From assembly GCA_035539375.1 (NCBI GenBank), contig DATLIP010000010.1, positions 6,364 through 70,363 of the forward strand: a stretch of DNA of 64,000 nucleotides, given 5' to 3'. The DNA is from Bdellovibrionota bacterium (GTDB lineage: Bacteria > Bdellovibrionota > UBA2428). Positions 61,286-64,000 of the stretch are shown here, in pieces (the first letter of the stretch is position 1; each line of letters opens with the position of its first letter). The notes under the pieces were generated by a model, which saw only the letters and a program-made list of their open reading frames with translations, was not told where the DNA came from and made no database searches. Made by a program: the position numbers and the translations under genes.

Positions 61286-62154
61286 GTTTCGAGGGCTCCG
61301 TAGGGGCTGAGATACCAGCCGAATTTTGCGAGGTCCTCGCCGCGCGCTCGGAAGGCGTCGGGGTCGCGAGCCCACACCAGAAAACCGTCCATGCCACCTG
61401 CGCCCACGCTTTTCATGGCTTCGAGCTCTAGGCTGCGATCGCCAAAGAGTTCAAAGGCCTCGGGTGGGATGATCTTCATCTCCGTTTGCACTTCGGCGTG
61501 TTCGCGCATGGCGCGGATCCAGGCCTCAGCAGAAAAGTCGCTGTTCAAGAAGGCTTCGACGCTCGCGCCAAGGATCGCGCAATGCGCGTCGGTGAATTCG
61601 GTGCGACGTATCGCGAGCGCGCTGTTGGCCTTGCGGTGACCGTGCATCAAAATCAGCTCGCGCGGCCAGCGCAGCGAGAGGCGTTCGGGCCGAAAGTTTC
61701 GATATACGATGGGGGTGCGCGCTCGCTGAATGGCGAGGTCCATGCCCGAGCCGAGATTCTCGGGAATCTTGCGGAAGAGCTCTAGTGTCTGCGACCACTC
61801 GAGCCGAGTGCCGCGAATGCTTTCGTGCAACTCTAGAAGTGCGAGAAATAAAGCGGACGAAGAGCCAAGGCCCTCGCGCAGTTGCCACTCGCGCTGCGTG
61901 CGCATGAGAAAGTTTTGACCGATAGGCAGGACGGATGCTATCGCGCGCCAAGCTTCGCGTACCCAGGGATCTGTTTCGAGAAGGTTCTCAGAGGCGTGGA
62001 GGTCGGCGTTCTCGGTGCGTAGCTCGCTTTGCGCTGCGCTTGTGGCATGTAGAGTGAAATTCGCGTTCAGCGGTAGGCCCACGCAGGCTTTGCCGCGCAG
62101 GACGGCCCATTCTCCGAAGAGAAGGATCTTGGCCGGAATGCGAATCGAGATCAT
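61282..62154 (-). CDS. mvk: GHMP kinase, probably mevalonate kinase
   Basis: PAKILLFGEWAVL (GEHAV-like) and REGLGSSSALFLAL. Positioned between HMG-CoA reductase and mvaD. Confidence 0.6.
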   Translation of the reverse strand: MISIRIPAKILLFGEWAVLRGKACVGLPLNANFTLHATSAAQSELRTENADLHASENLLETDPWVREAWRAIASVLPIGQNFLMRTQREWQLREGLGSSSALFLALLELHESIRGTRLEWSQTLELFRKIPENLGSGMDLAIQRARTPIVYRNFRPERLSLRWPRELILMHGHRKANSALAIRRTEFTDAHCAILGASVEAFLNSDFSAEAWIRAMREHAEVQTEMKIIPPEAFELFGDRSLELEAMKSVGAGGMDGFLVWARDPDAFRARGEDLAKFGWYLSPYGALET

Positions 62155-62164
62155 GAGATGCTGC

Positions 62165-63538
62165 CTAGGCGCCCATTTCGAGCGATGCGTTCACGCTCGA
62201 GGCTTTGCTCGGCACGGAGCCGCTGCGAAGAAGCTGCAAGATCTCTTCGGCCGATGTCGAAGAAATGCATTTTTTGGCGACGAGCATCTGAGCCACTTGC
62301 TCGACTTCGCGACCTACGGCACCAGCGGCGAGGGCGACGTTCTTGGCGTGTAGACGCATGTGCCCTTTTTGGATGCCTGCAGTGCAGAGTGCGCGCAAAG
62401 CGGCGAGGTTCGAGGCAAGGCCCGCCGAGGCGATGACCATGCCGAGCTCCGCGGCCGAAGGGTTGCGTAAAATTTTGAGTGTGGTTTGCGCGACGGGGTG
62501 CAGTTTGGTGACGCCGCCCACCGTGCCCAGTTGCAAGGGCAGGGTGAGTTCGCCGTGCAGGTATTTGCCGTCGAAAGACCAACGGCTGAGACTGCGGTAG
62601 TGGCCGCGCTGGGCGGCGTAGGCGTGCACGCCGGCTTCGATGGCGCGCCAATCGTTGCCCGTTGCGATCACCACAGGGTCCACGCCGTTCATGATGCCCT
62701 TGTTGTGGGTGGCAGCGCGGTAGGGATCGTTGTCGGCGAATACATAGGCTTCGACGATGCGTCGGGCGATGTCGGCACCCGTGACGGCGCCGTTGAGATT
62801 CTTATCTTGAGTCTTGAGCATGTCGGGATCGATCGAACAACGAGCGGTGAAAAGGCGGTGCGAGGCGAGGTTCGAGAGGATGCGCAGGCACACACGTGCG
62901 CCAGTAATGATCTCGATGTGTGGTGCGAGGCTCTCGCAGGCGGTGTTCACAAGGTTCGCGCCCATGGCATCCTGCGCATCGATCAAGATGTGCAGCACCA
63001 TGAAGGGGATTTCGGCGTTAGGAAAAGAACGCACTTCGATGCCGCGCGCGCCGCCGCCTCGCGCGACGAGGCGAGGGTGGCAGTCGTTGGCGAGTTGCAG
63101 AATTTTGCGCTCATTGGCAAAGAGGGTTTTTTCGACGTTTGGCATTTCGCTCGGGAGCAAATCGAGGAGCTGAATCTGTCCGATCATGATTTGCTGCGTG
63201 GCTTCGGCGCGGAAGCCGCCCGTTTCGTAGGCCCAGCGAGCGGCGTTGCTTGCTGCGGCCACCACGGAAGATTCTTCGACGGCCATGGGCACAAGATAAT
63301 CGCGGTCATTCACTTTAAAGCTGGTGGCGATGCCCAGGGGCAGGGGAAAGGAGCCGATGGCGTTTTCGATGAAGGTGTCGCTGAGCTCAAAGCCTACGGG
63401 ATTGTCGCGCGCCAAGATCGCGAGGTTTTCGTAATCAAGATTCGAAAACGCGCGTATGGCTTCGAGGCGCTCTCCGCGGGTCTTGGTGTAAAAACCGCGA
63501 ATACGGCTCGAGACGGTTTTTTCGTTGGCGTTGCTCAT
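62165..63538 (-). CDS. mvaA: Class II hydroxymethylglutaryl-CoA reductase
   Basis: ENAIGSFPLPLGIATSFKVNDRDYLVPMAVEESSVVAAAS is typical of bacterial class II enzymes. DAMGANLVNT. Start MSNANEK (ATG 63538) forms an ATGA overlap with the fni stop. Confidence 0.88.
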   Translation of the reverse strand: MSNANEKTVSSRIRGFYTKTRGERLEAIRAFSNLDYENLAILARDNPVGFELSDTFIENAIGSFPLPLGIATSFKVNDRDYLVPMAVEESSVVAAASNAARWAYETGGFRAEATQQIMIGQIQLLDLLPSEMPNVEKTLFANERKILQLANDCHPRLVARGGGARGIEVRSFPNAEIPFMVLHILIDAQDAMGANLVNTACESLAPHIEIITGARVCLRILSNLASHRLFTARCSIDPDMLKTQDKNLNGAVTGADIARRIVEAYVFADNDPYRAATHNKGIMNGVDPVVIATGNDWRAIEAGVHAYAAQRGHYRSLSRWSFDGKYLHGELTLPLQLGTVGGVTKLHPVAQTTLKILRNPSAAELGMVIASAGLASNLAALRALCTAGIQKGHMRLHAKNVALAAGAVGREVEQVAQMLVAKKCISSTSAEEILQLLRSGSVPSKASSVNASLEMGA

Positions 63539-64000
63539 GGTTGGGATGCCTCCATCGTGGAAGTGGCCGCGCGGGCCGCGGGAATGTTCGCGCAAAAGAG
63601 CGCGGTTTTGAGGGCGTGTTTGAGGGAGCGGTTAAAATTCTCGAGAGCCTCGTCGCCGGCGTCGGCCGCCACGAGAAAAGGTTTGGCGAGGCCCGCTAGA
63701 CGGGCGCCCAGGGCGAGCGCTTTGGCGACGTCGAGTCCATGGCGCACACCGCCCGAGGCGATGATGGGCGTGTCGGGTAGGGCAGAGCGAATTTCGCTGA
63801 GGGCTTGCGGCGTGGGGATGCCCCAGTTGCGGAAGGTTTCGGCGAGGTCTTTGTGTTCTGGATTGCGGCGGCCTTCGATGTAGCCCCAATGTGTGCCGCC
63901 GAGGCCCGCAACGTCGATGGCATCTGCACCGGCTTCGACAAAGCGCTGAGCGGTGCGCACGTCGATGCCGCTGCCCGTTTCTTTGATGATGATGGGGAGG
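63535..64000 (-). CDS. fni: Type 2 (FMN-dependent) isopentenyl-diphosphate isomerase, C-terminal part (gene continues past window end)
   Basis: GLGGTHWGYIEGRR and IIASGGVRHGLDVAKALALGA. My translation of 64000-63961 (LPIIIKETGSGIDVRT) shows the frame stays open to the window edge. Confidence 0.8.
   Translation of the reverse strand, partial: LPIIIKETGSGIDVRTAQRFVEAGADAIDVAGLGGTHWGYIEGRRNPEHKDLAETFRNWGIPTPQALSEIRSALPDTPIIASGGVRHGLDVAKALALGARLAGLAKPFLVAADAGDEALENFNRSLKHALKTALFCANIPAARAATSTMEASQP

Noticed and set aside
62486-63883. 465-aa plus-strand ORF opposite HMG-CoA reductase and fni. The same situation applies at 7822-9027, 45406-46575, 54191-55210, 20432-21376, 15217-16041, 30630-31400 and 36441-37199.
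   Set aside because: All of these are antisense to genes with strong family motifs or signal peptides, and none has a recognisable motif of its own. I treated them as GC-driven shadow ORFs.
1-64000. Search for mobile elements, prophage, CRISPR-Cas, restriction-modification or named anti-phage defence systems
   Set aside because: I recognised no transposase, integrase, phage structural, cas, or restriction/methylase pair. The UvrD-like plus PD-(D/E)xK pair fits canonical AddAB (Fe-S cysteines, dual nuclease motifs) rather than a defence module.

Overview
GC-rich chromosomal window (my estimate is high-50s % G+C, not computed) from a Gram-negative bacterium. Evidence for a Gram-negative envelope: a secretin, TonB-like, LapA-like and OmpA-like proteins, and beta-barrel proteins ending in F. 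The class II mevalonate pathway and the many orphan proteins with Sec or lipoprotein signals resemble Bdellovibrionota/Myxococcota-type lineages, but taxonomy cannot be settled from this window. I support about 58 protein-coding genes and one tRNA-Leu(CAA). I saw no rRNA, CRISPR array, transposase or integrase. Recognisable housekeeping genes: rsmB-like, LapA-like, HIT, sppA, rpsA, ald, a Dpm1-like GT2, addB-addA preceded by a ferredoxin, a nuoB-nuoD fusion plus nuoG, a complete PTS (EIICBA, HPr, EI), and a mevalonate operon (fni, class II HMG-CoA reductase, two GHMP kinases, mvaD). Accessory content is dominated by secreted or lipoprotein orphans, including proteins of 1504 aa and 1025 aa. 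Items I consider most worth follow-up: (1) a three-gene secretin/ATPase/platform operon transcribed divergently from a Sec-signal ADP-ribosyltransferase toxin with clear R / S-T-T / E-x-E motifs; (2) five sites carrying very long perfect palindromes (one a single-arm copy) that share short sequence modules, one of which encodes the last codons and stop of addA; (3) a NuoB-NuoD fusion with no NuoC, sitting with nuoG but without nuoA/C/E/F/H-N; (4) degenerate tandem copies of the tRNA-Leu 3-prime end followed by lower-GC genes. All functional calls rest on motifs I recognise in the supplied translations or my own. No database search was run. Most gene starts are chosen by signal peptide, Shine-Dalgarno or overlap logic and may be off by a few codons.
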